The notes under the pieces were generated by a model, which worked only from the letters and a program-made list of their open reading frames with translations, made no database searches and was not told where the DNA came from. A stretch of 32,463 nucleotides of DNA, from NCBI GenBank assembly GCA_050331715.1, contig JBHJGO010000003.1:1-32463 (forward strand), given 5' to 3'. The stretch comes from Microcoleaceae cyanobacterium (GTDB lineage Bacteria; Cyanobacteriota; Cyanobacteriia; Cyanobacteriales; Microcoleaceae). The position numbers and the translations under genes are program-made. This document shows, one piece after another, positions 10,110 to 20,207 of the stretch (positions within the stretch are counted from its first letter, which is position 1; each line of letters begins with the position of its first letter).

Positions 10110-11675
10110 ATGAAAGTTACTCAGGAAAAGCTCCCCGCCAGTCAGATTGGTCTAGATATTGAAATCCCCGCAGAACTCTCTCAAAAGGCCTACGACCAGG
10201 TTGTTCGCAAATACGCTCAGACCGCCAATATTCCAGGCTTTCGTAAAGGCAAAGTTCCCCGCCATATCCTGGTTCAACGCCTGGGTGTGAATCGTATCAA
10301 AGCGGCGGCTCTGGAAAATCTAATGCAAGACCATCTTCCCAAGGCCATCGAACAGGAAGATATTTCAGCAATTGGCGAGATCGAGTTTCGAGGAGATATC
10401 GATGAACTGATTGATCAGTATAAACCCGGTGAGATTCTTACCATTCGTGCCAAGGTAGACGTCGAGCCTGAAGTTGAATTAGCAGAGTACCAGGGATGGC
10501 AACTTCAGGCTGAAGAAGTTAAGTACGATCCAAGCAATGTTGATCAGGTCTTAAAAGCAGAGCAGGTCAAGCTAGCAACTTTAATTCCCATCGAAGACCG
10601 GGCTGCTCAGGAAGGAGATGTGGCCTTCGTTGATTTTCAGGGATACTTTCCTGAGGAGGATGAATCTGAAGAGGCAGACGCGGCTGAGGGCGATGCAGAT
10701 TTAGACGAGGACAAACTGGGCGAGGGAAGTGAAGATTATGAACCGGAAGTCGATGATCAGGGAAATCGGCTTGTGCTGATTTCTGGGGCAGGCGGAGAAA
10801 ATTTTCAGGTCAAAATTGAGGAGGGTCAGTTTATTCCAGGCTTTGCAGAAGGCATCATTGGTATGCAGCCAGAAGAAACAAAATGGATCCATTTGACCTT
10901 CCCAGAAGACTATAGCGACGAGGATTTTGCAGGGGAGGATGTCATCTTTAAAATGACGTTAAATGAAATAAAGGAAGAGGAACTGCCTGAACTCGACGAC
11001 GAATTTGCAGAAGAGATCAGTGATTTTGAAACCCTGGCAGAACTGCAAGAATCCCTGGAAAAGCGCTATCAGCAGGAAGCAGAGGACGCTACCAAGGACA
11101 ACAAGGAAAAGGTTTTGATTGAGGCTCTGGTGCAGCAAGTTACTGTCGATTTGCCCGAAACCCTCATTTATCAGGAAGTCAATCAAATCCTCACTCAACA
11201 GGCAATCCAGTTGAGTGATATGGGTATCGATGTCAAGCGGATGCTCACTGGAGACTTACTAGAAAAGATGCGGGAAGAAGCTCGTCCTGGAGCTATTGAC
11301 CGTCTCAAGCAATCTTTAGCAATTAAGGAGGTTGCTAAGCGAGAATCTATTGAGCCCAGTCCAGAGGAGATTCAAGAAGAAGAAACCAAAACCCTGGAGT
11401 TACTGGAAGGGAAAGAAGTTGATTCAGATCGTCTGCGAGAGTTCGTAACAGAAGAACTCACTAAGCGTAAGACATTCGAATGGCTGGAAGAACATTCCAC
11501 CATTGAATTGGTTCCCGAAGGAACCTTAGAACAGCAGGATGAACTTTCCGAGGCTCAAGAAGAATCTGAGGCTCAAGGAGAGGTTGAAGTAGAAGTTGTT
11601 TCTGCTGAAGCGCAGTCCGACGAACTGAAGTCAGCGGCGACAGATGCCCCAACAGAGAACGATTCAGAGGAGTAA
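10110..11675 (+). CDS. tig: Trigger factor (ribosome-associated chaperone / PPIase) with acidic extensions
   Basis: From MKVTQEKLPASQIGLDIEIP... it is Tig-like, with the ribosome-binding motif GFRKGKVP. The 44 codons upstream in the long ORF (from 9978) are not Tig-like, so the start is placed at the ATG at 10110. It has an internal acidic insert (EEDESEEADAAEGDADLDED...) and a ~50-aa acidic C-terminal tail. Confidence 0.85.
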   Translation: MKVTQEKLPASQIGLDIEIPAELSQKAYDQVVRKYAQTANIPGFRKGKVPRHILVQRLGVNRIKAAALENLMQDHLPKAIEQEDISAIGEIEFRGDIDELIDQYKPGEILTIRAKVDVEPEVELAEYQGWQLQAEEVKYDPSNVDQVLKAEQVKLATLIPIEDRAAQEGDVAFVDFQGYFPEEDESEEADAAEGDADLDEDKLGEGSEDYEPEVDDQGNRLVLISGAGGENFQVKIEEGQFIPGFAEGIIGMQPEETKWIHLTFPEDYSDEDFAGEDVIFKMTLNEIKEEELPELDDEFAEEISDFETLAELQESLEKRYQQEAEDATKDNKEKVLIEALVQQVTVDLPETLIYQEVNQILTQQAIQLSDMGIDVKRMLTGDLLEKMREEARPGAIDRLKQSLAIKEVAKRESIEPSPEEIQEEETKTLELLEGKEVDSDRLREFVTEELTKRKTFEWLEEHSTIELVPEGTLEQQDELSEAQEESEAQGEVEVEVVSAEAQSDELKSAATDAPTENDSEE

Positions 11676-11873
11676 ACAGGAACGGACTCCCTGGGCTAAT
11701 CTAGCTTAGTCTGAGTCAGTCACCTCGGCACAGTTCTGTGGAGTTGAGGCATAATGGTAGACAGTTCGGTCAGTAGGCGAGAGGTTTCTTCTTCGCGATC
11801 AGCCCCCATGGGCTGAATCATAGGAGTCGAATCTCACTGGGTTCCGAATTCAGATAATAGGTTTGAGAATGGT

Positions 11874-12608
11874 ATGAGTGTATCGAGTCAGTTTTTTCAT
11901 CCACTTCAAAGTTTTCGGGAGTCATCCGTCTCAGCAACTCGCGCTGGGGACGTTTCTTCTGAAGTCATTTCAACAACGGCAATGATTCCAAGTGCAACCG
12001 TTCCCATCGTAATCGAGCAGTCTGGGATGGGCGAGAGAGCTTTTGACTTGTATTCTCGACTGTTGCGAGAACGGATTGTTTTCCTGGGAACGCAGGTCAA
12101 CGATGAGATTGCCAATGCCATTAGCGCTCAGATGTTGTATCTGGAAGCCGAAGATCCCGAAAAGGATATTCAACTCTACATCAACTCTCCCGGCGGCTCA
12201 GTCACGGCTGGTATGGGAATCTACGATACGATGCAGCAAGTTCGTCCCGATGTTGTCACAATCTGCTACGGCTTGGCGGCCAGCATGGGTGCTTTCCTGC
12301 TGGCCTCTGGTGCGTCGGGTAAGCGCATGTCTCTTCCCAGCTCTCGGATTATGATTCACCAACCCCTAGGCGGTGCTCAGGGTCAAGCCGTAGACATTGA
12401 AATTCAGGCACGAGAAATTTTGCACCACAAACGTACCCTGAATGATTTGCTGGCGCACCACACGGGTCAGCCTCTAGAACGGATTGAGACAGATACAGAT
12501 CGAGATTTCTTCATGTCAGCTATAGAGGCCAAGGAATATGGTCTAATAGATCAGGTGGTTTCTAAGGAAAATCTGCCTGTCCCAGGCGAATCAGTTTCCG
12601 CAACTTAG
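11874..12608 (+). CDS. clpP: ATP-dependent Clp protease proteolytic subunit
   Basis: Catalytic Ser context [11 protein letters not shown] and His context MIHQP. The start is uncertain: an alternative ATG at 11982 ([10 protein letters not shown]...) would give a canonical-length ClpP. Confidence 0.85.
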   Translation: MSVSSQFFHPLQSFRESSVSATRAGDVSSEVISTTAMIPSATVPIVIEQSGMGERAFDLYSRLLRERIVFLGTQVNDEIANAISAQMLYLEAEDPEKDIQLYINSPGGSVTAGMGIYDTMQQVRPDVVTICYGLAASMGAFLLASGASGKRMSLPSSRIMIHQPLGGAQGQAVDIEIQAREILHHKRTLNDLLAHHTGQPLERIETDTDRDFFMSAIEAKEYGLIDQVVSKENLPVPGESVSAT

Positions 12609-12634
12609 CACGAGGCACTTAGCGCGAGGCAACT

Positions 12635-13978
12635 ATGTCCAAGTACGACTCCCATTTAAAATGCTCTTTTTGCGGCAAGTCCCAGGAACAAGTTCGGAAG
12701 TTAATTGCGGGGCCCGGTGTTTATATTTGCGACGAATGTGTCGAGCTGTGTAATGAAATTCTAGATGAGGAGCTGTTCGACTCAAGTTCTAGTCAACCTG
12801 CTACTGCTCCTCGTCCTCAGCCAACCCCCGCCGCAAAGCGTCGCTCTCGCCCTGGACGGCCTGGCCTGAGTCAGGTTCCTAAACCTCGTGAAATCAAAGC
12901 CTATCTGGACTTACATGTCATCGGTCAGGATGAGGCAAAGAAGGTTTTATCCGTTGCAGTCTACAACCATTACAAGCGTTTGGGATTTGTTCAGGGAAAG
13001 GGAACTCGTCCAGCGGCAGACGATAGTGTGGAGCTACAAAAGTCCAATATTTTGCTGATTGGCCCTACGGGTTGCGGAAAAACGTTGCTGGCTGAAACCC
13101 TAGCTAGAATGCTGGATGTTCCATTCGCTGTAGCGGATGCAACGACCTTGACCGAGGCAGGATACGTGGGAGAAGATGTCGAAAACATCCTGTTGCGTCT
13201 GCTACAGGTGTCTGACTTCGATATTGAAGAGGCACAGCGGGGAATTGTCTATATCGATGAAATTGACAAAGTGGCCCGCAAGAGCGAAAACCCTTCGATT
13301 ACAAGAGACGTTTCAGGGGAAGGGGTTCAGCAGGCTCTCTTAAAAATGTTAGAGGGAACGGTTGCCAATGTCCCGCCCCAGGGAGGACGCAAGCATCCCT
13401 ATCAGGATTGCATTCAAATCGATACTAGCAATATTTTATTCGTCTGCGGTGGGGCATTTGTCGGCTTGGATAAGGTGGTCGAACGCCGAACTGGTAAGAA
13501 GTCCATGGGCTTTGTTCAAGCTGGGGAGGAGCAGCCTCGGGAAAAGCGCTCAATTGATGCCCTGAAGCAAATGGAGCCAGAAGATTTAGTCAAGTTTGGT
13601 TTAATCCCAGAGCTGATTGGTCGAATTCCGATGCTGGCGGTTCTAGAGCCGCTAGACGAGAAAGCATTAGTCGCAATTTTGACGGAGCCGCGCAGTGCCC
13701 TGGTGAAGCAGTATCAGAAGCTGCTCCGCATGGACAATGTTCAGCTAGAGTTTGAACCAGAAGCGATTGAGGCGATCGCCAAGGAAGCTTACCGCCGCAA
13801 GACTGGAGCCAGAGCATTGCGAGGCATTGTGGAAGAGTTGATGCTGGATGTGATGTATGAGTTGCCCTCTCGCAAGGATGTGAAACGCTGTCGCATTACA
13901 CAGGCAATGGTTGAGAAGCGCTCAACGGCAGAGTTGCTAATCCACCCTTCTTCTCTACCAAAGCCCGAATCCGCCTAG
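12635..13978 (+). CDS. clpX: ATP-dependent Clp protease ATP-binding subunit ClpX
   Basis: N-terminal C4 zinc-binding domain (CSFCGK...CDECV), Walker A GPTGCGKT, 447 aa. It lies 26 nt downstream of clpP. Confidence 0.9.
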   Translation: MSKYDSHLKCSFCGKSQEQVRKLIAGPGVYICDECVELCNEILDEELFDSSSSQPATAPRPQPTPAAKRRSRPGRPGLSQVPKPREIKAYLDLHVIGQDEAKKVLSVAVYNHYKRLGFVQGKGTRPAADDSVELQKSNILLIGPTGCGKTLLAETLARMLDVPFAVADATTLTEAGYVGEDVENILLRLLQVSDFDIEEAQRGIVYIDEIDKVARKSENPSITRDVSGEGVQQALLKMLEGTVANVPPQGGRKHPYQDCIQIDTSNILFVCGGAFVGLDKVVERRTGKKSMGFVQAGEEQPREKRSIDALKQMEPEDLVKFGLIPELIGRIPMLAVLEPLDEKALVAILTEPRSALVKQYQKLLRMDNVQLEFEPEAIEAIAKEAYRRKTGARALRGIVEELMLDVMYELPSRKDVKRCRITQAMVEKRSTAELLIHPSSLPKPESA

Positions 13979-14125
13979 GTAGCCTGAGCCGTTACTGTGA
14001 GGCGGTGTATTACATTTCATCAATTCCCCTGCACGGGCGATCGCACTAGCTGAAATCGCTCTGTTTTTGATTCACCATTAGTTGGGAAGTGCCTCGATTG
14101 ATCACGGGACTTTTGATGTGACGAC

Positions 14126-14154
14126 TTGACATTTACAAGCTCAGTTTCTACAAT
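14126..14154 (+). promoter_or_regulatory. Near-consensus sigma70-type promoter (TTGACA - 17 bp - TACAAT) upstream of the transporter gene
   Basis: Read directly: ttgaca tttacaagctcagtttc tacaat. It lies ~40 nt upstream of the ATG at 14194. Confidence 0.4.
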
Positions 14155-14193
14155 TGGGAGACCTGCTTAACAAAAATACACATTTTAATCAGA

Positions 14194-15174
14194 ATGCAGT
14201 CTGAGTCCGCTCGTCCGTTGTCTTTTCTGAACCCTATCCTGTTAATTTCTCCATTTTTCCTCTGGGGGACTGCAATGGTGGCGATGAAAGCTACGGTTCC
14301 CGATACCACACCCCTCTTCATTGCAGCTTTTCGCCTGATTCCAGCCGGGATTGTTCTGCTTCTCTTTACCACCTGGCAGGGAAGACCACAGCCCCAGAAT
14401 TGGAAGGCGTGGCTGTGGATTTCTATTTTCGCGTTGGTGGATGGATCGCTATTTCAGGGATTTTTAGCGGAAGGATTGGCAAGAACAGGCGCAGGCTTGG
14501 GTTCAGTGATGATCGACTCTCAACCTTTAGCGGTTGCAATTCTGTCCCTGTGGCTCTTTCAGGAAAGAATCTACCTTGTGGGATTGGCTGGGTTAGCGGT
14601 TGGTATCTTGGGGATTAGTCTCATCGGTTTTCCTGACCAATTGATTCTAAACCTGTTTCATCCAGGAAACTCGGATTTGGCCCAAGATTTTACCCAGGGG
14701 GCGAGCCTGTTCTTTCAGAGCGGAGAATGGCTGATGTTCCTAGCGGCTCTATCAATGGCTATTGGAACGGTGTTGGTACGTTGGGTCTGTCGCTATGCTG
14801 ATCCGGTCGTGGGAACGGCCTGGCATATGATTTTGGGTGGAATTCCTATCCTGGCACTATCTGCTGGATTTGAGTCTGAACAGTGGGTTCATCTAAATTT
14901 GTTAGATTGGGCTGCTTTGAACTACGCAGCACTCTTTGGAGGAACAATTGCCTATGGCCTGTTCTTTTACTTTGCGTCTTCCGGTTCTCTCACGAGTCTG
15001 AGTTCCCTAACATTTCTAACCCCTGTATTTGCTTTGCTATTTGGTAATCTCTTTCTGGCAGAGGTGTTGACTCCTGTGCAGTCAGTCGGTGTTGGATTAA
15101 CGTTGGTCAGTATCTATCTTGTGAATCGCCGGGAGCAGTTGGCCGGGAAATTGCATCAACTGTTGCAGAGATAG
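14194..15174 (+). CDS. EamA / drug-metabolite transporter (DMT) family permease
   Basis: About 10 predicted TM helices with two-EamA-domain-like organisation, 326 aa. Confidence 0.65.
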   Translation: MQSESARPLSFLNPILLISPFFLWGTAMVAMKATVPDTTPLFIAAFRLIPAGIVLLLFTTWQGRPQPQNWKAWLWISIFALVDGSLFQGFLAEGLARTGAGLGSVMIDSQPLAVAILSLWLFQERIYLVGLAGLAVGILGISLIGFPDQLILNLFHPGNSDLAQDFTQGASLFFQSGEWLMFLAALSMAIGTVLVRWVCRYADPVVGTAWHMILGGIPILALSAGFESEQWVHLNLLDWAALNYAALFGGTIAYGLFFYFASSGSLTSLSSLTFLTPVFALLFGNLFLAEVLTPVQSVGVGLTLVSIYLVNRREQLAGKLHQLLQR

Positions 15175-15237
15175 AAATTTCAGCATGATCCTTTCTCTGC
15201 ACATACTCTCAAGGTGTGACCTAAGAACTGGGTAGAG

Positions 15238-15576
15238 ATGATGAATATCACCTCAATCAATCACCGTTCTTCACAGGGGAAACAAAATGACATCTATGAC
15301 ACATTGACATCCAGCAGTATGTCAGATCAGGATGTCTTTGTCGTCGGTGATGGCTACTCCGGATTAGGTTATGCCAGAATCACTGACTTTGACTTTATTA
15401 GCTTTGCCAACGAAACAGAATATGACCTAATTGATCTACAGGGCAGTTTCAATCCTGGCAATGTTACGCTCAACTTGGTTGGGGGAGATACTCAGATCAC
15501 CAGTTCAACGGGGGATTCGTTGGCAGTCGTTGAGAACGTTGATCTGACGACCTTGCAGAATGTTCACTTGATTTAG
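15238..15576 (+). CDS. Hypothetical protein (112 aa), Gly/Asp/Thr-rich beta-like C-terminal region
   Basis: ORF with ATGATG start and a weak SD. No family recognised. Could be a fragment. Confidence 0.35.
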   Translation: MMNITSINHRSSQGKQNDIYDTLTSSSMSDQDVFVVGDGYSGLGYARITDFDFISFANETEYDLIDLQGSFNPGNVTLNLVGGDTQITSSTGDSLAVVENVDLTTLQNVHLI

Positions 15577-15587
15577 AATCGCTGAAT

Positions 15588-15605
15588 CTAGAATTGCAAT
15601 TCTAG
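15588..15605. repeat. Perfect 18-bp palindrome CTAGAATTGCAATTCTAG, 12 nt downstream of the ORF stop
   Basis: Read directly. Operator-like or a weak hairpin. Confidence 0.5.
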
Positions 15606-15695
15606 AGTCTTAACTTGGAGTAGGTTAGGCAATACGGGGCTTGAAGCAGCTCAAGCAGTATCTCATCTGTTTGCCCACCTTTTGAGGTCGGTTTG

Positions 15696-16166
15696 ATGTT
15701 TCTTCAGACAGACGGCAGTAGCAATGCCAAAACGTTATACCTGAGAAGATCGAATTCTGAACTGGTCAGGAGAGTAACCAAAATGGCAGTCGATGATCTG
15801 AGAAAAAGCGATATGATGTCGCATTTGCTGGATGCACTGGAGGAAAAAAAAGATATTGGACACTATGGCCGTTTGGTTTTCGTAATGGTGGCACGGCACT
15901 TTCTGAGTCAGCAGGAAGTCATTCAATATCTTCAAAAAGATCACGATTTCAGTGAAGCTGATGCTAAAAGTCTCTATCAGCAGGTTACCGATAAAAACTA
16001 CAGTCCACCACAGCGAGACAGCATTTTAGAATGGCAGCAAAGCCAGGACTTTACAATTTGTCCAAATGCTGACGATCCAGATGCTTGTAACGTTTATCAG
16101 GATCTGCAGTTTCCTAAAGAGGTCTATGAACAAATCTCGGCCTATTACGAAGAGAAACAGTCCTAG
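15696..16166 (+). CDS. Hypothetical protein (~156 aa)
   Basis: ORF from TTG 15693 / ATG 15696. GAGG lies 9 nt upstream of the ATG. No family recognised. It is followed by a clear intrinsic terminator. Confidence 0.45.
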   Translation: MFLQTDGSSNAKTLYLRRSNSELVRRVTKMAVDDLRKSDMMSHLLDALEEKKDIGHYGRLVFVMVARHFLSQQEVIQYLQKDHDFSEADAKSLYQQVTDKNYSPPQRDSILEWQQSQDFTICPNADDPDACNVYQDLQFPKEVYEQISAYYEEKQS

Positions 16167-16205
16167 GATCAATTTTTATCCTGTGGGCATTAAATCAAGT
16201 CAAAG

Positions 16206-16237
16206 AATTGGGTGGTGGAGTCGCCCAATTTTTTGTT
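16206..16237 (+). terminator. Rho-independent terminator
   Basis: 9-bp stem aattgggtg / cgcccaatt (one G-U pair), a 7-nt loop, then the tract TTTTTTGTT. Confidence 0.55.
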
Positions 16238-16371
16238 AGACTCGTTTCATCTTGGGCGGAAGCTGTATCCTTTCATCAAAGGAGTTGACTACAGGCGGAA
16301 CAACTGCAAAATCCTAGAAAAGCAGTCATACTATTTGACGTAAAGGTCTGATATCTATACAGCATTTCTCT

Positions 16372-17127
16372 ATGAATCTCCAAACCCAATTTCTTCACAT
16401 TGTTGGAAGTGGGGCCAGCGCCTACATGATGGCTCGTAATATTCGAGATACCCAAACTCGCCCCAATCTTTTAGCTGGATTCCAAATGGCTGAGGCTGGA
16501 TCGGTTCCATTTCTGGAAACGCTGCGCGATCGCGCCGCTACTGAAGGTGATACCTGGCTAGCAGAGCAATTGACTAACCACGCTCATGACGAACGCCGAC
16601 ATGGAAAGATCTTTGCTCAAGCTCTCAAGCGTTTGAACAAGCGGGCCATGACCCCGGAGGAACTGGCCGAAACTCGCAGGGATTCTTCAGAACAGCGTAG
16701 TCCATTCTTTGATGCCTTTTTCAAAGGCTATCCCTCAGAGGCTTTGAAGGCGGAAAAGATCGATTGGCTTGTCTTCATGGGCAGCACCTACATCCTGGAA
16801 CTGGATGCAAGCAAGGACTTTGTGCGAATGGCCCATGCACTTCCAGCAGACAGCGTTGATACCGTCAATACCCGCAAAGGTATCCTGAGCATCGCCCAAG
16901 ATGAAACACGTCACGCTGCCTACTTATATGAAGCGCTCCATCGACGCCTGCCTGCGATTGAGGCAATGAAAGTAATTGATCAGTGGCGACAGCGCAAGAC
17001 TGACGCCCTATTGGCAATGACAGGAAACTTCATTCAACGTCAGGGGCAGATGCGATCCATGGTTCAAGATGCTGCCCCGAATCATTCTGAGGGTGACATT
17101 GAATGGTTAGAGCCTGAAGTGGCCTAG
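16372..17127 (+). CDS. Ferritin-like di-iron carboxylate protein (paired E...ExxH motifs)
   Basis: FQMAEAG ... HDERRHGKIF ... ILELDAS ... QDETRHAAYL. This is the E / ExxH / E / ExxH ligand pattern of the ferritin-like four-helix-bundle superfamily. Exact family unknown. Confidence 0.5.
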   Translation: MNLQTQFLHIVGSGASAYMMARNIRDTQTRPNLLAGFQMAEAGSVPFLETLRDRAATEGDTWLAEQLTNHAHDERRHGKIFAQALKRLNKRAMTPEELAETRRDSSEQRSPFFDAFFKGYPSEALKAEKIDWLVFMGSTYILELDASKDFVRMAHALPADSVDTVNTRKGILSIAQDETRHAAYLYEALHRRLPAIEAMKVIDQWRQRKTDALLAMTGNFIQRQGQMRSMVQDAAPNHSEGDIEWLEPEVA

Positions 17128-17198
17128 TGAGAGTCTGTCTAGTTGGTAATGGTCTAGTCAATGATTAACTACTAACCCAAGGATTGTCTAGCCAGTAA

Positions 17199-17675
17199 CT
17201 AGCCCTCAGACTTGGCCTGTACAGGAGGTTTCTGTGGCTTCCAGGAAATTCCCAGACGCTTGAGATAGTCCCAGCCCCGTTGAGGCCAGACATGGTCGCG
17301 CCCCGTCTTCTGAGCAATCCACTCCGCAACCTTCGGGCCTGACCAGTTGCCGCCATCTGGGGCTGGGCCTTGTAGGGCCTGTTTTAGCTCCTGTTGCTGG
17401 GCTGCGCTCAGGAGTGAGCGGGCAACTGGAGGTTGTCGATCACGACTACGGTTTCTGACCGAGTTAGGGCCTTCCCGGTTATAACGTCGAATGATTTCCT
17501 TGGAATAATCGTAGTTCAGTCCAACAACCTCAGCAGATTGTTTGATTGTCCAACCATTGGCAACAAGTTGAATTAGATGCCAACGGCGAGCTTCCGTTGT
17601 ATCTCTCGCCTGACGATAGCGAGCTTTCAGATCTTCCATGGAAAGATGGGCTTCGAGATGAGCTTTCGGTGGCAT
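17199..17675 (-). mobile_element. IS630-family transposase N-terminal (HTH DNA-binding) fragment with no DDE catalytic domain (remnant)
   Basis: The 158-aa ORF has the paired-HTH architecture (RWHLIQLVANGWTIKQSAEVVGLNYDYSKEIIRRYN... WSGPKVAEWIAQKTGRDHVWPQRGWDYLKRLGISWKPQKP) typical of IS630/Tc1 N-termini. Only ~70 nt remain before the convergent upstream gene, so there is no room for a DDE domain. Confidence 0.6.
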
Positions 17676-17820
17676 ACCTACGTTTTATCCGGCACGTTAC
17701 TTTATCTATCCTCTCTATTCCAGAGAATCCGGAGGTCATCAGAACTTTTAGTGAAATTTGTGGATGAAATTTACATGAGAAATTTTTCACACCACAGGCT
17801 GAACCTCTGACTAGGCTTTC

Positions 17821-17874
17821 GCAAGATTATGTTGGTTGCAAGATTATGTTGGTTTCCGCAAGACTACGAATTTG
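17821..17874. repeat. Tandem 17-mer GCAAGATTATGTTGGTT x2 plus a degenerate third copy
   Basis: Read directly: gcaagattatgttggtt gcaagattatgttggtt tcc gcaagactacgaatttg. It lies between the IS630 remnant and gatA. Confidence 0.55.
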
Positions 17875-17928
17875 ACTGGCTCTGTTTGGTAAACTCTTGT
17901 ATTGGGAATTCAAAATGAGGGTTCAGCC

Positions 17929-19386
17929 ATGACATCCATCCGAAAGTTGCATGAGCAATTAGTTAGTAAAGAACGATCAGCTCTAGAAATTGCTCAAGGG
18001 GCATTGGATCGAGTGGAACAGCTTGAACCAAAGGTGAATAGTTTTCTCTGCATTACTGCGGAGCAGGCACTCGAACAGGCTCGTAATGTAGATGCTCAAA
18101 TTGCTGCTGGAGAGAGTATTGGTTTACTTGCAGGAGTCCCCCTGGGAATAAAAGACAACCTTTGTACGGTTGGAGTTCCCACCACTTGCGGGTCAAAGAT
18201 CTTGCAGCAATTCATTCCTCCCTATGAATCTACGGTAACTCAAAAACTAAAAAATGCGGGAGCCGTAATCCTGGGGAAAACCAATTTAGATGAGTTTGCC
18301 ATGGGTAGTTCTACTGAAAACTCCGCCTATGGCCGTAGCAACAATCCCTGGGATTTAGAGCGGGTTCCGGGAGGTTCCTCTGGCGGATCGGCGGCGGCGG
18401 TCGCTGCGGGAGAATGTTTAGTGGCCCTGGGATCAGACACTGGAGGTTCCATCCGTCAGCCCGCATCTCTCTGCGGTGTCGTCGGCATGAAGCCCACCTA
18501 CGGACTCGTCTCTCGCTATGGATTAGTAGCCTATGCTTCTTCATTGGATCAGATTGGCCCCTTCAGTCGCAGCGTTGAAGATGCGGCAATTTTGTTAGAA
18601 GCAATTGCTGGCTATGATCCGAAAGATTCTACTAGCCTTAAGGTGGAGATTCCTAATTACGTTGCCAGTCTCAAGCCAGAATTTGACAGGAAGAAGCCAA
18701 TTAAAATCGGAGTGATCCAGGAAACCTTTGGAGAGGGCTTGGATTCGGAGGTCGAACAGGCGGTAAATCAGGCAATCAAAGTTCTGGAAAAACTTGGTGC
18801 TGAAGTGCAAACGGTTTCCTGTCCTCGCTTCCGTTATGGTCTACCGACTTACTACATCATTGCTCCCTCAGAAGCATCGGCAAATCTGGCCCGTTATGAT
18901 GGGGTTAAATATGGATTCCGCAGCCCGGACAGCGACAATTTGGTGGAGATGTACTGCCAAACACGGGCAGAAGGCTTTGGTGCGGAGGTGAAGCGACGCA
19001 TTATGATCGGAACCTATACTCTCTCGGCGGGATATTACGATGCCTACTATCTCAAAGCCCAGCAAGTCCGAACCCTGATCAAACAGGATTTTGAACAAGC
19101 TCTGGAAACAGTCGATGTTTTGGTGTCCCCTACGTCTCCGACTACTGCCTTTAAAGCGGGAGAAAAAACGGCTGACCCCCTGAGCATGTACCTATCTGAC
19201 TTAATGACGATTCCCGTGAATCTGGCTGGATTACCGGGCATTAGTGTGCCCTGTGGATTTGACAAGCAGGGATTACCAATTGGATTGCAGATCATCGGAG
19301 GCGTTCTGGGGGAGGCGAAGTTGCTACAGGTGGCCTATGCCTATGAACAGAACACTGAATGGCATCAATCACAGCCTGCTCTCTGA
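17929..19386 (+). CDS. gatA: Glutamyl-tRNA(Gln) amidotransferase subunit A
   Basis: Amidase signature [15 protein letters not shown]-terminus [11 protein letters not shown]. The long ORF begins at TTG 17902. The start is placed at ATG 17929 because GAGGG sits 8 nt upstream. Confidence 0.9.
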   Translation: MTSIRKLHEQLVSKERSALEIAQGALDRVEQLEPKVNSFLCITAEQALEQARNVDAQIAAGESIGLLAGVPLGIKDNLCTVGVPTTCGSKILQQFIPPYESTVTQKLKNAGAVILGKTNLDEFAMGSSTENSAYGRSNNPWDLERVPGGSSGGSAAAVAAGECLVALGSDTGGSIRQPASLCGVVGMKPTYGLVSRYGLVAYASSLDQIGPFSRSVEDAAILLEAIAGYDPKDSTSLKVEIPNYVASLKPEFDRKKPIKIGVIQETFGEGLDSEVEQAVNQAIKVLEKLGAEVQTVSCPRFRYGLPTYYIIAPSEASANLARYDGVKYGFRSPDSDNLVEMYCQTRAEGFGAEVKRRIMIGTYTLSAGYYDAYYLKAQQVRTLIKQDFEQALETVDVLVSPTSPTTAFKAGEKTADPLSMYLSDLMTIPVNLAGLPGISVPCGFDKQGLPIGLQIIGGVLGEAKLLQVAYAYEQNTEWHQSQPAL

Positions 19387-19417
19387 AGAGCGGCATTAGT
19401 GACTAGAAGCTTACCGT

Positions 19418-20140
19418 TTACAATTCAACAGGCTCAACAACCACTTCTACCGTTGAAGGGCTATCCTGGGTAATCACTGGATAGCTCGTCGTACTAACCC
19501 AACGCAGTTGGCCTTCAAAGGTGATTTGAGCCTGGACTGCATATCGATGACTTGGGTCAATCTCTTCTGGATCATAGGTCAGTTCAAAGGGGATGGGAAC
19601 CTGTTGATCCTCGATTTGAATGGTTTGTTCAGCAATCGTAACAGCACGCGCATCTGCTATGCTAGCATCCACAAGCTTGACCTTTACCACAGCTCCTGGG
19701 GGTAAGGCGACCCGCTGACGATAGGTCACCATTCCTGATACAACACCGACTGTAGCGTTCGGTTGTGCGGCGACTACATCCTCACAGGCCATGCTTAAAG
19801 CACCAATAATCGACGGCTGAATCTGCACCTCTGGACTACTTGAACCCAGAACGTTTTGCCAGCCATACCCCTCGGTATCAAGCCGTTCCATCAGGATTTT
19901 CAGTTCGTTGAGAGAGTCGATAATCCCTGTTCGAGTTGTACCTAGAAGCGAAACCAGTTCATCTGTATCTGAGGTACCTGGCATCATTTTCACAATTGCA
20001 CAGACCTGTTTGCGACTCGGCATGGTCTGGGCGCTTGCTGACAATTGCAGCGGCAACAGGCTCAAAACTGCTAAAAGAATTAGCAAGCTAGAAAGACCTT
20101 TTAATAACAAAACCCTGTAGTCCATTGGATCATATCCCAA
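19418..20140 (-). CDS. Secreted / lipoprotein-like protein with a YbaY/YscW-like C-terminal domain
   Basis: N-terminal signal peptide (LLILLAVLSLLPLQLSASA). The C-terminal half resembles the YbaY-type lipoprotein fold (VTYRQRVALPPGAVVKVKLVD ... IPFELTYDP). Family call tentative. Confidence 0.5.
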   Translation of the reverse strand: MGYDPMDYRVLLLKGLSSLLILLAVLSLLPLQLSASAQTMPSRKQVCAIVKMMPGTSDTDELVSLLGTTRTGIIDSLNELKILMERLDTEGYGWQNVLGSSSPEVQIQPSIIGALSMACEDVVAAQPNATVGVVSGMVTYRQRVALPPGAVVKVKLVDASIADARAVTIAEQTIQIEDQQVPIPFELTYDPEEIDPSHRYAVQAQITFEGQLRWVSTTSYPVITQDSPSTVEVVVEPVEL

Positions 20141-20207
20141 ATCATGAACCCAGTTTATCAGGGTATCAATATGATCGGGAGCAGGGGTTGCTTCTATTGT
20201 CCTAAAA

